The translations under genes were made by a program, and so were the position numbers. DNA of 64,000 bases from Smithellaceae bacterium (lineage in GTDB: Bacteria > Desulfobacterota > Syntrophia > Syntrophales > Smithellaceae), in NCBI GenBank assembly GCA_963667845.2, contig CAXXVL010000002.1:2048001-2112000 (forward strand), written 5' to 3'. Position 1 is the first letter of the stretch. Every line of letters starts with the position of its first letter. Positions 28,669 to 39,059 of the stretch are shown here, piece after piece. The notes under the pieces are model-generated. The model had not been told where the DNA came from, searched no databases, and saw only the letters and a list, made by a program, of their open reading frames with translations.

Positions 28669-31132
28669 AGTTCAGCTGTCGATCCAGGGCATGACCTGCG
28701 CGACCTGCGTGCGGCGGGTGGAGGAAGGGTTGCGCGACACGCCCGGCGTTCTTGCCGCCACGGTTAATTTTGCGACGGAAAAAGCGCAGGTGGAGTATGA
28801 CAGGAATGTTACGGATATCCATACACTCGAAAACAGGGTGCGCGAACTCGGGTATGAAGCCTTCATTGACACCGCAAACCTCAATCAGGAAAAAGTGACC
28901 ATCTCCGTGGGCGGCATGACTTGTGCCGCGTGCGTCCGCCGTGTGGAGAATGCGCTCTCCGAAGTGGATGGTGTGCTGGAGGTCGGTGTCAATCTGGCGA
29001 CCGGACGGGCCACCGTCATCCACAAAGCGAAGTGGGCGGGCGTTTCAGCTTTGGCCCGGGCCGTTGCGGACCACGGGTATGAATTCCTGGGCGAACTGAC
29101 GGATTCATCCGCCGATCCCATCGAGGCCTCGCGCGTTCAGGATCTTCGCGACCTCACCTTAAAAGTGATCTGCGGTGCGGTGTTGAGCGCGATTATTTTC
29201 ATGGGCTCGATGCAGCACTGGTTTTCCTTTTTACATTTTATCCCCCGGCAGGCCATGCTGGCAGCGATGTTTGTGCTGACGGCGCCGGCCGTGTTCTGGG
29301 TCGGGAGCCGTTTTTTTGTCGGCGCTTATAAAGCGGCCAAACAGAAAACATCGGACATGAACACACTGGTGGCCGTGGGTTCCTTTTCGGCCTATGCCTA
29401 TTCGGCTGCGGCCACATTCTTCCCTCATTTTTTTGAACGGGCCGGAGTCGCGCCCCATGTGTATTATGACGGCGCGGCCATGATTGTCACCTTGATCCTT
29501 CTCGGCAGGCTACTCGAAGCCCGGGCCAAAGGCAGGACGTCCGCCGCGATCAAGGCGCTCATGGGTCTCAAACCCAAAACCGCGCATGTGCTGCGCGACG
29601 GCGAGGAGCAGGAGGTCGCCGTGGAATCGCTCACAGTGGGCGATGTAGTGATCGTGAAGCCGGGTGAAAAAGTTCCCGTCGATGGGGCCGTGCTGACCGG
29701 ACAATCGACCCTGGACGAATCCATGCTGACCGGCGAAAGCATGCCCGTGGCCAAAGAGGCCGGCCACAAAGTGTTTGCCGCCACGATGAATAAGACGGGC
29801 AGTTTTACACTCCGTGCAACGGGCGTTGGGTCGGAGACGATGCTCGCGCACATCATCCGCATGGTGGAAGAGGCGCAGGGTTCGAAAGCGCCGATTCAGC
29901 GGCTGGCCGATAAAGTGGCTTCCATTTTTGTCCCGACGGTTTTTGTCATTGCCTTTGTGACATTCGTCATCTGGTATTTTGTTCCTGCCGACGCCAGCTT
30001 CAGCCGGGCGCTCATCAATTTTGTTTCGGTGCTGGTCATTGCGTGCCCCTGTGCACTGGGACTGGCCACGCCGACGGCTATTATGGTCGGCACGGGCTTG
30101 GGCGCGCAAAGCGGCATTCTGATCAAAGGAGGCGAAGCGCTGGAGAAGATCCATCGGCTCTCCGTGATCGTGTTTGACAAAACCGGCACGCTGACCCGGG
30201 GCGAACCGGAAGCGACCGACGTCGTGACGGCTGCCTCGCATGATGAACGAGACGTGCTGTCCGTGGCCGCGGCCCTGGAAAAAGCATCGGAACATCCGCT
30301 GGCCCAGGCGATTTTAAAACGCGCACAGACTGCCGGCATCGTTCCGGCGCAGGCGGAGAATTTTCTGGCGCTCTCCGGCATGGGCGCAAGCGGGCTTCTG
30401 GACGGCAGGCCTTGTCTGATCGGCAATCGCCTGCTGATGAAGGATCAGGGTGTTTCGGTCGCATCGCTCGACAATCCCGCAGCCGCACTGGCCGGCGTCG
30501 GAAAGACGGTGGTTTATGTCGCGCTGGAGAAGAAAGTTATCGGCCTGATCGCGCTCGCCGACGTGCCGAAGCCTTCCGCGAAACAGGCCGTGGAGGATTT
30601 AAAGCGCAGGGGTTTAAAGGTCGCGATGGTGACCGGCGATAATGTCGGTACGGCCGCAGGCATTGCATCAGAGCTGGGCATCGAACGGGTCATGGCGGAG
30701 GTCCTGCCGGGAAACAAGGCGGATGAAATCAGAAAGCTGCAGGCCGAAGGGGAGGTCGTGGGCATGGTGGGCGACGGCATCAATGATGCCCCGGCGCTTG
30801 CGGCAGCGGATGTCGGCATCGCCATCGGAGCAGGGACCGACGTGGCCATTGAGGCCGCCGACATCACCCTGATCCGGGATGACCTCACGGGCGTTCCGGA
30901 GGCGATAGCGCTTTCGTTTTCAACGATGCGCGTCATCCGGCAGAATCTTTTCTGGGCATTTATCTATAACGTGATCGGCATTCCCATTGCCGCCGGCGTT
31001 CTCTATCCTTTTTTCGGCATCCTGCTCAATCCGGAGTTTGCCGCAGCCGCCATGGCTCTGAGCTCCGTTTCCGTGGTGAGCAATTCGCTCAGGCTCAAGC
31101 GCGTCTGGAAAAAACGCAGGCGTGAAATGTGA
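28658..31132 (+). CDS. copA: Cu(I)-translocating P1B ATPase
   Basis: Two GMTCxxC domains, TGES, CPCALG, DKTGT, GDGIND, YN and MALSS motifs; probable TTG start at 28658. Confidence 0.95.
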   Translation: MSDRVQLSIQGMTCATCVRRVEEGLRDTPGVLAATVNFATEKAQVEYDRNVTDIHTLENRVRELGYEAFIDTANLNQEKVTISVGGMTCAACVRRVENALSEVDGVLEVGVNLATGRATVIHKAKWAGVSALARAVADHGYEFLGELTDSSADPIEASRVQDLRDLTLKVICGAVLSAIIFMGSMQHWFSFLHFIPRQAMLAAMFVLTAPAVFWVGSRFFVGAYKAAKQKTSDMNTLVAVGSFSAYAYSAAATFFPHFFERAGVAPHVYYDGAAMIVTLILLGRLLEARAKGRTSAAIKALMGLKPKTAHVLRDGEEQEVAVESLTVGDVVIVKPGEKVPVDGAVLTGQSTLDESMLTGESMPVAKEAGHKVFAATMNKTGSFTLRATGVGSETMLAHIIRMVEEAQGSKAPIQRLADKVASIFVPTVFVIAFVTFVIWYFVPADASFSRALINFVSVLVIACPCALGLATPTAIMVGTGLGAQSGILIKGGEALEKIHRLSVIVFDKTGTLTRGEPEATDVVTAASHDERDVLSVAAALEKASEHPLAQAILKRAQTAGIVPAQAENFLALSGMGASGLLDGRPCLIGNRLLMKDQGVSVASLDNPAAALAGVGKTVVYVALEKKVIGLIALADVPKPSAKQAVEDLKRRGLKVAMVTGDNVGTAAGIASELGIERVMAEVLPGNKADEIRKLQAEGEVVGMVGDGINDAPALAAADVGIAIGAGTDVAIEAADITLIRDDLTGVPEAIALSFSTMRVIRQNLFWAFIYNVIGIPIAAGVLYPFFGILLNPEFAAAAMALSSVSVVSNSLRLKRVWKKRRREM

Positions 31133-31149
31133 AGCGTCAATCATGGGTT

Positions 31150-31175
31150 GTAGGGACTGTTCCCCGAACAGTCCG
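31150..31175 (+). repeat. GTAG-type REP-like hairpin
   Basis: GTAG followed by GGACTGTTC-CCC-GAACAGTCC stem-loop downstream of copA. Confidence 0.5.
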
Positions 31176-31702
31176 AAAACTTGTCCCGTCCTTCTTCCTG
31201 GCCTGACAAATGAACCCCTTTCGCATTAAATCGAGTTCACAGAATCCAAGAAAATTTACCCAAACGGGCGAAGTATGCCTGTACCGCGCCAATAAACCTA
31301 TAAAAAATCAATGACATTCCGGCATTTTCCCGTCATGAGGATCTCGGGGCAGCGGAGGTCAAATCTTCACGCGTCTGCATTATCGGTTCACATTTTTTGC
31401 GGAAAATGGTAAATGCGCAATCGATACGACGGCTAAGCACGCCGTGGTCATATTATATTCATCTTACAATAAAAGAAATTGCACAAATGTTGAAAACTTT
31501 CTTCAGGGTTTCGGTGCATCATGCGGTGCCGTCCTCCGTATTTTGTTCCGGGAAAAGTATTGAATGAAAGCGCCGATACCCGGAAATACAGGCATCGCTG
31601 GTTGTTTTGGGAGAGCAGCCGACTCCAAAAGGAGGATTCCATCATTGCCGCGCGTGATCTTTATCCGAACCTTACTCGATCATTATTCCTCAGGAGTTTG
31701 AA

Positions 31703-33034
31703 ATGAAAAATCAGTCTCAGGATTCATGTTCCAACCGGATTCTCTCGCCATGGGTATTTTCGCTGATGCTGACCATTGCGCTGGCGACCTTGCTGATCGG
31801 ATGCAGCGGCGGCGGCAACAACGGCGGAGATGCCGCTCCCGTTACCGGAACTAACTTCATTCCGGCAGGAACCTTCCTGCCCGTCGTCACCATCGATACC
31901 ACCGATGGGCAGGGAATAACGTCCAAGGAAATTTACGTCACAGGGACCTATCGGATCGCGGGCTTGGATGGAACTCTTCTGCATCAGGGCGACCTGGAGA
32001 TTAAAGGCAGGGGCAATTCCACGTGGTCGATGCCCAAGAACCCCTATAAATTGAAGCTGGCCGGCAACACAGCCCTCCTGGGGATGCCCGCCAATAAACA
32101 CTGGGTGCTTCTGGCCAACTATGCAGACAAGACGCTTATCCGCAACGAAGTTGCTTTTGATCTGAGCCGGATGCTGGGGATGGAGTACACAACACGGTCT
32201 GTCTTTGTGGAACTTTTTCTGAACGGTTCTTACGAGGGAGTTTACCAGCTTACGGAACACATCCGGATCGGAAAGGACAGGGTGAATATTCCCGAGCTGA
32301 AGATTACGGATACTGAGCCGGATAAGATCACGGGCGGTTATCTGATCGAAGTCGATACCCGCCGGGGGGAAAATTTCTGCTTCGACTCCACCAGGACCGG
32401 TATGGTGTATTGCGTTTCGAATCCGGAAACTCTGCTGGAAGCGGGATGGGAAGCTCGGAAAGACTATATTGTCGGCTACATTAATCAAACCGACGAAGTC
32501 CTGTTTGGCGAAAACTTCAAGGATCCTGATACCGGGTATGCCGCTTACCTGGACGTGGATTCCGCCGTACATTATTACCTGATCAATGAACTGTTCAAGA
32601 ATCCCGATGCCGCCTGGGCCAGCTTCTATATGTATAAAAAGCGAAACGGCAAGCTGACGTTTGGGCCGGTCTGGGACTTTGATATCGGGGGCGGCAATTA
32701 TTACGGAAACCTGGGTCAGCCGGAAGGATGGCGCCTGCGGGACTCGGCTTTTTTTACACGTTTGTTTGAGGACCCGGCGTTTAAGGCGAAAGTCGAGGCC
32801 AGGTGGAAGCAAATGAAGGATGGAGGAATGTTCACTGCACTGCTTGCTGACATCAACAGCCGGGCTTTATTTCTGGCAGGCGCGGAGGCCAATAATTTCC
32901 AAAGGTGGCCGATTTTATTGACCTGGGTGTGGCCCAATCGGGTGGTGACCGGGTCCTATCAGGGAGAAATCGATGCCATGAAAGAATGGCTGACCTTGCG
33001 CGTGACCTGGATGGACGGACAGTTGTCCGACTAG
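31703..33034 (+). CDS. CotH-kinase-family lipoprotein
   Basis: Lipobox LIGC; IKGRGNSTW..PK.PYKLK, WVLLANY.D, GPVWDFD motifs. Confidence 0.88.
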   Translation: MKNQSQDSCSNRILSPWVFSLMLTIALATLLIGCSGGGNNGGDAAPVTGTNFIPAGTFLPVVTIDTTDGQGITSKEIYVTGTYRIAGLDGTLLHQGDLEIKGRGNSTWSMPKNPYKLKLAGNTALLGMPANKHWVLLANYADKTLIRNEVAFDLSRMLGMEYTTRSVFVELFLNGSYEGVYQLTEHIRIGKDRVNIPELKITDTEPDKITGGYLIEVDTRRGENFCFDSTRTGMVYCVSNPETLLEAGWEARKDYIVGYINQTDEVLFGENFKDPDTGYAAYLDVDSAVHYYLINELFKNPDAAWASFYMYKKRNGKLTFGPVWDFDIGGGNYYGNLGQPEGWRLRDSAFFTRLFEDPAFKAKVEARWKQMKDGGMFTALLADINSRALFLAGAEANNFQRWPILLTWVWPNRVVTGSYQGEIDAMKEWLTLRVTWMDGQLSD

Positions 33035-33162
33035 GAAAGGAAATCGGGATCTTGCCGGTCCTGCTTCCCAAAGACGATTTGCTGTTTCAAGTCTCCTAAA
33101 TAACTTGACATATTGTGTTACATGGTCAATAAATTGCGCCATCAACGCAAAGGATCATCTCA

Positions 33163-33873
33163 TTGAAAACGAAGAAAACCGGCGATCAGCCGTTACCCGC
33201 GACAAAAGAAAACGAGACCAAGCGAAAGATTATCACCGCGGCGAAAAAAATCTTTTCGGAATACCCTTACGGTACAGCCAGTATCCGAATGATTGGCAAT
33301 GCCGCTGGTGTTAATTATCCGCTTGTCGCCTACTATTTCCCCTCCAAGGCGGCGCTCTATGAAGCTGTCTTTTCGTCCGTCTGCAATGAGTATTCCGAAG
33401 CCAACGAGTTGTGGCTCAATGAAACAAGAGGCATGGGGGCGACAAGAGGATTGTCTTTGTATGTCGATCGCATGCTGGATTATGCGCAAGAGCATCCCGA
33501 GTTTTTGAGGACCGTGCTTCTCAACATGGTTCAGGCCAGGGAGTTCAAAGTCACTCCCGGTCATCAGACGGCGCAGGATTTCTTTGCCCGGTTGACACGT
33601 GTCTTTAAAAGAACGTCTGAAGCCCGCGCTTCCGATAAGGACATTGGAAATTTCACCCAGAATTTTAATGTGCTCTATATTAATTTCGTGGGTGCCGGCG
33701 ATTACTACGCCGCGGGGCTGGGGATGGATCCCCAAAGTCCCCGATACAGAAAATGGATTAAAGACAATTTGCTGGCCCTGTTCCTGCCGGTGTTGAAAGA
33801 GTTGATCCGCGGCTCCGATCGGAAACCGGGCGATAAGAAGAAGCCGGTCGCCGGCAGGAAAAAAAAGTCTTAG
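33163..33873 (+). CDS. TetR/AcrR-family transcriptional regulator
   Basis: IITAAKKIFSE..Y..ASIRMIGNAAGVN..LV.YYF.SK HTH. Confidence 0.9.
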   Translation: MKTKKTGDQPLPATKENETKRKIITAAKKIFSEYPYGTASIRMIGNAAGVNYPLVAYYFPSKAALYEAVFSSVCNEYSEANELWLNETRGMGATRGLSLYVDRMLDYAQEHPEFLRTVLLNMVQAREFKVTPGHQTAQDFFARLTRVFKRTSEARASDKDIGNFTQNFNVLYINFVGAGDYYAAGLGMDPQSPRYRKWIKDNLLALFLPVLKELIRGSDRKPGDKKKPVAGRKKKS

Positions 33874-34060
33874 GATCTTCGCGGCTGTGGCCGTGGATCT
33901 CCCCCCCCGCCCCCTTTTTTTATTTTGCACGCGCCGGCCATCGAGCCATGCGCATCTATCTCTATACGCGTCCCCCTGGTAAGCGTATGAACTGCAGAAA
34001 CAAAACCCTCCATCGTAGAATGTTACCGAATTAATTTTTATCGACAACGACGCCGCATTA

Positions 34061-34132
34061 ATTTGAACGACCGTTAAAAACAAAGATTGACATGGGAGAA
34101 AGGATAAGTTAAATAATTTAACGACCGTTAAA
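34061..34132 (+). promoter_or_regulatory. Sigma70-like promoter bracketed by two palindromic operators (consensus TTTAACG-AC-CGTTAAA)
   Basis: TTGACA at 34087-34092; operator copies at 34062-34078 (imperfect) and 34117-34132 (perfect arms). Confidence 0.7.
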
Positions 34133-34385
34133 AAAATGGGCGCGCCCGGGGATCGAAGGCGGTCATCCGGGTTTCACCGGTTGCATCTTCAGATCGGCCG
34201 CCGTCAGGCCGCCGCCTGCGCAGCTGTATCTGAAGCAGTCTCTCCGGTTCTGAAATCGCAAACCGCGACGATTGCACTGCCATCTTCGGTTGATAAAGCG
34301 GACGACTTGTCCCTGCTCCGATGTTCGGAGAATTCGTCGAGCCGGATCGCAATGATCAATACTTGAAAAAGGAGAAAGTAATATA

Positions 34386-36368
34386 ATGAGAAAGCCTTTT
34401 TTCTGGAAGCGCATCTTATCCGCGATCGTCATAGCCCTGGCAGTCCTGATTCATGGAATCCTCTGGGCTCAGGAACCCAGGGCGGCATCGGAGGCGACAA
34501 AGCAGTCGAACGCCGCCGTTTTCAATAACCTGCCTTTCAATGAAAAGCAGGATTTCATTGAGGCCGAAAGAGGACGCATCAGCGAGAAGTCGGCCCCGGT
34601 GATTGTCGATCCCCAGGGCAATATCGTATGGGACATGAATCTATACAAATTTCTGGACGGGGAAAAACCCATCGAGACGATCAACCCGAGTCTGCGGCGC
34701 CAGGCGGTTCTGAATAATAGCAACGGCCTTTTTAAAGTGACCGACCGGATTTACCAGGTCCGCGGCTATGATCTTGCCAACATGGGCATTATCGCCGGCG
34801 ATACCGGGTATATCATCATCGATCCCCTGACCTCTACCGTGACCGCCAAAGCGGCCATCGACCTTGTTTACCGGTACCTGGGTCAAAAGCCCGTTGTGGC
34901 AGTCATCTATTCCCACAGCCATGGGGACCACTGGGCCGGCGTCAAGGGCGTCATTTCCAAAGAAGAGGTTGAAAAGGGAAAAGTCCGGGTCATCGCGCCG
35001 GCGGGATTCATGGAAGAAGCGGTGAGTGAGAATATCTATGCCGGCAACGCCATGATCAGGCGCGGTCAGTATATGTACGGCACCTTTTTGCCGCGGGGCG
35101 CCGATGGACAGGTGGATGCGGGCCTGGGAAAGTCCCTTCCCCGTTCGATGTCCTCGAGCCTGATTCGCCCGACGGAGATCGTGGGCAAGACGGGGCAGGA
35201 AATCACCGTGGATGGTGTCCGGATCATCTTTCAGAGCACACCCGGAGCGGAAGCGCCGGCCAATATGAATTTTTACTTTCCCCAGTTCCGGGCGCTCTAT
35301 ATGTCCGACAATTGTGCGGCCACCGTCCATAACCTGCTCACACCGCGCGGAGCGCAGATCCGCGATGCCCGGGGATGGGCACGTTTCATTTACGAGGCCA
35401 TCGACCTTTTTGGAGAGACAACCGACGTGGTGTTTCTCGGGCACACCTGGCCGCGCCGGGATAATGCCAATGTGAAAAATTTTCTCAAAAAACAGGCTGA
35501 CACCTACAAATACATTCATGATCAGACACTGCGTCTGGCCAATCAGGGTCTCACGCCGCGGGAGATCGCCGAAGAACTGAAGCTTCCGGACGAATTATCC
35601 AGGGAATGGTTCAATCGGGGTTATTATGCGACGGTCGGCTGGGACGCCAAGGCCGTGTATCAATATTACCTCGGCTGGTATGATGGAAATCCGGCGAACG
35701 TCAATCCCCTGCCGCCGGCTGCGGCCGGCCGGAAATATGTCGAGTTCATGGGAGGCGCAAGCCAGGTTCTGGCCAATGCGAAAAAGGCCTTTGACAAGGG
35801 TGAATACCGCTGGGTTGCCGAGGTCGTCAATCATGTTGTCTTTGCCGACCCGGCAAATGAAGAAGCGCGCAGGCTTCAGGCGGACGCGCTCGAGCAGCTG
35901 GGATATCAATCGGAGTCGGCCGTCTTTCGCAATTTCTATCTTGTCGGCGCCCGGGAGCTGCGCGACGGCGTCAAGAGGCTTTATCCCAAAGTTCCCATGC
36001 CGCCCGATGTCTTCCATGCACTGACGCTGGACATGATCTTCAACAGTATGGCCATTCGTCTCAATGGTCCGAAGGCGGCCGGGAAGAATATCACCATCAA
36101 CTGGTATTTTACCGACACGAAAGAACAGTATGTCCTCTTTCTGCAGAATTCCGTCTTGAACTATGCCGCCGGAAAACAGGCTCAAAATGCCGATGTGACT
36201 ATTGGGCTCAGCCGTCCCCTGTTTACCGATCTCCTCTCGGGCGACGCGAACTTTCTGGCGCGAGTTTTACTGCGGCAAATCAGCTATGACGGGGACATCA
36301 AAAAATTCAGTGAGCTGATGTCTCTGATGGATCAGTTCGATCCCTGGTTCAATATCGTAACGCCATAG
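34386..36368 (+). CDS. Alkyl/aryl sulfatase (SdsA1/YjcS family; MBL + dimerisation + SCP2 domains)
   Basis: IYQVRGYDLAN, YSHSHGDH, RGAQIRD, YKYIHDQTLRLANQG, GWYDGNPA; signal peptide. Confidence 0.93.
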   Translation: MRKPFFWKRILSAIVIALAVLIHGILWAQEPRAASEATKQSNAAVFNNLPFNEKQDFIEAERGRISEKSAPVIVDPQGNIVWDMNLYKFLDGEKPIETINPSLRRQAVLNNSNGLFKVTDRIYQVRGYDLANMGIIAGDTGYIIIDPLTSTVTAKAAIDLVYRYLGQKPVVAVIYSHSHGDHWAGVKGVISKEEVEKGKVRVIAPAGFMEEAVSENIYAGNAMIRRGQYMYGTFLPRGADGQVDAGLGKSLPRSMSSSLIRPTEIVGKTGQEITVDGVRIIFQSTPGAEAPANMNFYFPQFRALYMSDNCAATVHNLLTPRGAQIRDARGWARFIYEAIDLFGETTDVVFLGHTWPRRDNANVKNFLKKQADTYKYIHDQTLRLANQGLTPREIAEELKLPDELSREWFNRGYYATVGWDAKAVYQYYLGWYDGNPANVNPLPPAAAGRKYVEFMGGASQVLANAKKAFDKGEYRWVAEVVNHVVFADPANEEARRLQADALEQLGYQSESAVFRNFYLVGARELRDGVKRLYPKVPMPPDVFHALTLDMIFNSMAIRLNGPKAAGKNITINWYFTDTKEQYVLFLQNSVLNYAAGKQAQNADVTIGLSRPLFTDLLSGDANFLARVLLRQISYDGDIKKFSELMSLMDQFDPWFNIVTP

Positions 36369-36393
36369 CAGCAAACAATGAAAGAAAGCCAAC

Positions 36394-36438
36394 GAAAAAA
36401 TGGGTGAGCCCCCCTGAACGGAGCTCACCCATTTTTTC
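36394..36438. terminator. Bidirectional intrinsic terminator
   Basis: GAAAAAATGGGTGAGC...GCTCACCCATTTTTTC between convergent genes. Confidence 0.85.
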
Positions 36439-36500
36439 TATTTTCGCCTGCAAAGCCTATTCAAAGGCATATAGTGGCGTCGATTCAGCGCGTCCGTGGG

Positions 36501-37985
36501 TTAGGATTTTTCCCCGAACACGTCCGCCGTAAAAACCTCGAGCTTGCAGGACGGATCTTTCCAGCTCTCCTTCGGCAATCCCGCTTTTTGGGAACAAAGT
36601 TCCGCAAGGAAACGGTCCTTGCTCCAGCCGGTTTCTGTGGCCACCTGCGGCAGGAATACCCCGCGCTGAAAATTACCCTTGCTCACGATAACACCGTGTT
36701 TTCCGAGTTCGATCTCCTCGGCACTGCGGACAGCCCGGGGGCTGGAAAGGACGGAGATTTCGATTTCAATATCTTTTAATTCTTCGGCGCTGACCGGATT
36801 GAACCGCGTATCGTGAGACGCGGCGGCAACCGCCATCTCGCTCACCGTCTGATAAAGCGGGCCTCTGCCGATGATATTTCCGATGCAGCCACGCAGGGCG
36901 CCATGCTTGCTCAACGTGACGAATGCGCCCTCTTCCCGCGAAAGCCGCGGGTCCTTTTCGTGATACGCAGGCGCCTTTCCCGTCCGGACGAAGGTATCGA
37001 GCGTTTCGCGGGCAATCGCCAGAAGCCTCTCCTTCTGCTCCCGGGTCAAACCGCCTTTGGCGGCTTCATCTTCTTTGGCGGCGGGCTTACCGCGGTAAAA
37101 GGCAATCGAGGCGTATCCGACAACCCGGGAAGGATCTCCCGTTGTATCCGCGGATGTCCCGTAGTGCAAAACTTTTACCTTTGTAAATCCACGCGCCTGG
37201 GCGTATAGCATGCCCGCGGCGACGACATGAAATCCGTCTACCTCCATCTCGCCTGCGGCATGCCCTCTCCAGAATCCTTCGATATCCATCTCCTCAATCG
37301 CTTTGAGTCCGCGGGCATCAATCTCCCGGGCCTCCTTGAGAGAATGGAAATGCGACTGATCCACGCTGATATCCACCAGGACGTCGCTTCGGTCGCCCAC
37401 TGCGCTGTCCAGGGCGGCGGCGACGGTCCTCACCATATCTGCATCCGGAGGATAGCCGACGATCACGGGCAGAATTCTGGCGGATGGAAACACCTTCCTG
37501 ATAAGCGGCAGCTGGGTCTCCACCGAATTCTCCGGCCGGCCCGCGCTTCCTTCAAAGACATCCCGGCGGAAAACGAATCGCTGATCGAAGGCCATGATTC
37601 CTGCGGCCAGTTCCCGGTCCACCTCGAGCGCGCCGAGGGCCGTTTCAAATGAACCTTCCGGCCAGACGGATGCCCCGGCGAAAGAATACTGATGGGACGG
37701 AGCCAGAACAATCACCGTGCCCACCTTCCGGGCGGATGCGGCCCGGAATCCGAAAGACGCCGTCGCCGCGGAATACACATACCCCGCATGCGGAGAGATG
37801 ATGACGCCAATCTCTCCCAGGGGTTCCCCGATGACCGCTGCCTTGAGGTATCCGTCAAGCATATCGGTAAGTTTCCGCGCATCGCCCGGATACCATGTGC
37901 CGGCCAGTGCCGCGGACTTCACCTTCTCAGCGGTAAAATTTTTTCGTGTCATAGTCATCCTCATCATCGATTGGTTTTTTCTCAA
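36501..37985 (-). CDS. AmmeMemoRadiSam protein B (MEMO1) - protein A (AMMECR1) fusion
   Basis: AGTWYP, SPHAGYVYS, VVGYAS (MEMO) then GAFVTL..LRGCIG, EISVLS, FLPQVA (AMMECR1). Exact start uncertain. Confidence 0.92.
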   Translation of the reverse strand: MRKNQSMMRMTMTRKNFTAEKVKSAALAGTWYPGDARKLTDMLDGYLKAAVIGEPLGEIGVIISPHAGYVYSAATASFGFRAASARKVGTVIVLAPSHQYSFAGASVWPEGSFETALGALEVDRELAAGIMAFDQRFVFRRDVFEGSAGRPENSVETQLPLIRKVFPSARILPVIVGYPPDADMVRTVAAALDSAVGDRSDVLVDISVDQSHFHSLKEAREIDARGLKAIEEMDIEGFWRGHAAGEMEVDGFHVVAAGMLYAQARGFTKVKVLHYGTSADTTGDPSRVVGYASIAFYRGKPAAKEDEAAKGGLTREQKERLLAIARETLDTFVRTGKAPAYHEKDPRLSREEGAFVTLSKHGALRGCIGNIIGRGPLYQTVSEMAVAAASHDTRFNPVSAEELKDIEIEISVLSSPRAVRSAEEIELGKHGVIVSKGNFQRGVFLPQVATETGWSKDRFLAELCSQKAGLPKESWKDPSCKLEVFTADVFGEKS

Positions 37986-38020
37986 AGATAGGGATTATAT
38001 CTTGATCAGTCAACTAAGAT

Positions 38021-38349
38021 GGTGTTGAAAAACCCTGTTGGTGCAGGTTGCTCCGTCGAGGCCGCGCACCCGCAGGGAGGCTCAATCATGCCTGAAGCCG
38101 CTTCTTCTATAAGGCGGCATTTGCACCGGAGCATGCCTTTGCTCAATGTCCTCGACTGTGGCGCTAAGCTTGCTTCGCTGCAGCCGAAAACTCGCCCTTC
38201 GGGCTCAAACAGTTCGGCTGTCCGACGCTCCGCCTCGCCAAACGCCACAACGTCTCGGCCATGATTCGCCAAGTCACGCCCCGGTGCAACTGCGGAGTGT
38301 CGAACGGGCTGAAGTTGTTGACGGAGTGAATTGATTTTTTGAAGGCTGT
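38021..38349. mobile_element. MITE-like nested palindromic element
   Basis: Nested arms CTCCGTC/GACGGAG, CCGCAG/CTGCGG, TTGCACCGG/CCGGTGCAA, TGTGGCG/CGCCACA, CAGCCGAA/TTCGGCTG; end GGTGTTGAAAAA shared with 56124-56275. Confidence 0.65.
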
Positions 38350-38659
38350 CATCTACTTTCCCTGAATAAGTATCAACCATTTTTTTCCATTTCTTTCTTG
38401 AAATGTTTGTTCAAAGGCGTATAGTTAGCCACGACTCACGATTCAACCCGTTCCACCATAAACATTTGTCAGTTCAATTATCCGCGGAAGGAAGCGCAGG
38501 ATGATTAATGACACATCAAAAATACGCATCATCGTTAAACACGGCTTGATCGCGTTCCACAAAAGCCAGAAAAAACGGACCTGGCATTTGCCGGCAATAA
38601 GGACCTATTGAGGTGCCCGCAATTTATATTTTATTGAGTTTCAGTAAGATTATTTTGAC

Positions 38660-38721
38660 GGGCGTTTCGCGTTATGCGCCCGGAAACGGATAATACGGGG
38701 TGGGTATATTAATTGTTATGC
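38660..38721 (+). other. Putative attI-like / first cassette recombination site
   Basis: GTTATGC core at 38715-38721 matches the inverse core GCACAAC of the next attC with one mismatch; no attC hairpin precedes it. Confidence 0.5.
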
Positions 38722-38740
38722 ACAAAAAAAGGAGGAAATA

Positions 38741-38977
38741 ATGAAACTTAGAAAACCAAATGGAGTCATAGTATAAGCGTCAATTTCCAAAGGCAATAAT
38801 ATAGTAATGACAATGTTGGGTGAAAGCACTGGCGCCCATACGAAGGCTGAATTACAAAAATATATACAAGGAAAAAGTAAAGAGAATGCAAAAATGGAAG
38901 ATTACGAAGTTATTGAAGCCTCAAATTACGAGCGTAGTTTATTACGAGAGGCGAACTTCAATATGAAAGGCCTATGA
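38741..38977 (+). pseudogene. Small cassette gene (78 codons) with premature TAA at codon 12
   Basis: Strong AGGAGG RBS; MKLRKPNGVIV*ASISKG...NMKGL* in a single frame, ending 4 nt before attC. Confidence 0.65.
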
Positions 38978-38981
38978 GACT

Positions 38982-39046
38982 GCACAACCCGTCGCTCAAG
39001 CCGATCGCTGGGTCGTGACCAGATTCAGCTTAGCTTTTCGTTGGCT
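38982..39046 (+). other. Integron attC recombination site (intact)
   Basis: GCACAAC-5nt-GCTCAAG...CTTAGC-5nt-GTTGGCT: R''/L''/L'/R' boxes with the extrahelical base in L''; 65 bp between a stop codon and the next gene. Confidence 0.85.
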
Positions 39047-39059
39047 CTAAGAGGTAAAT

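Noticed and set aside
34133..34385. Riboswitch in the sulfatase leader
   Set aside because: GC-rich, but no conserved aptamer motif that I can recognise.
38006..38640. Integron integrase or remnant upstream of the array
   Set aside because: No tyrosine-recombinase motifs found; ORF 38006-38380 mostly reads through the palindromic element.
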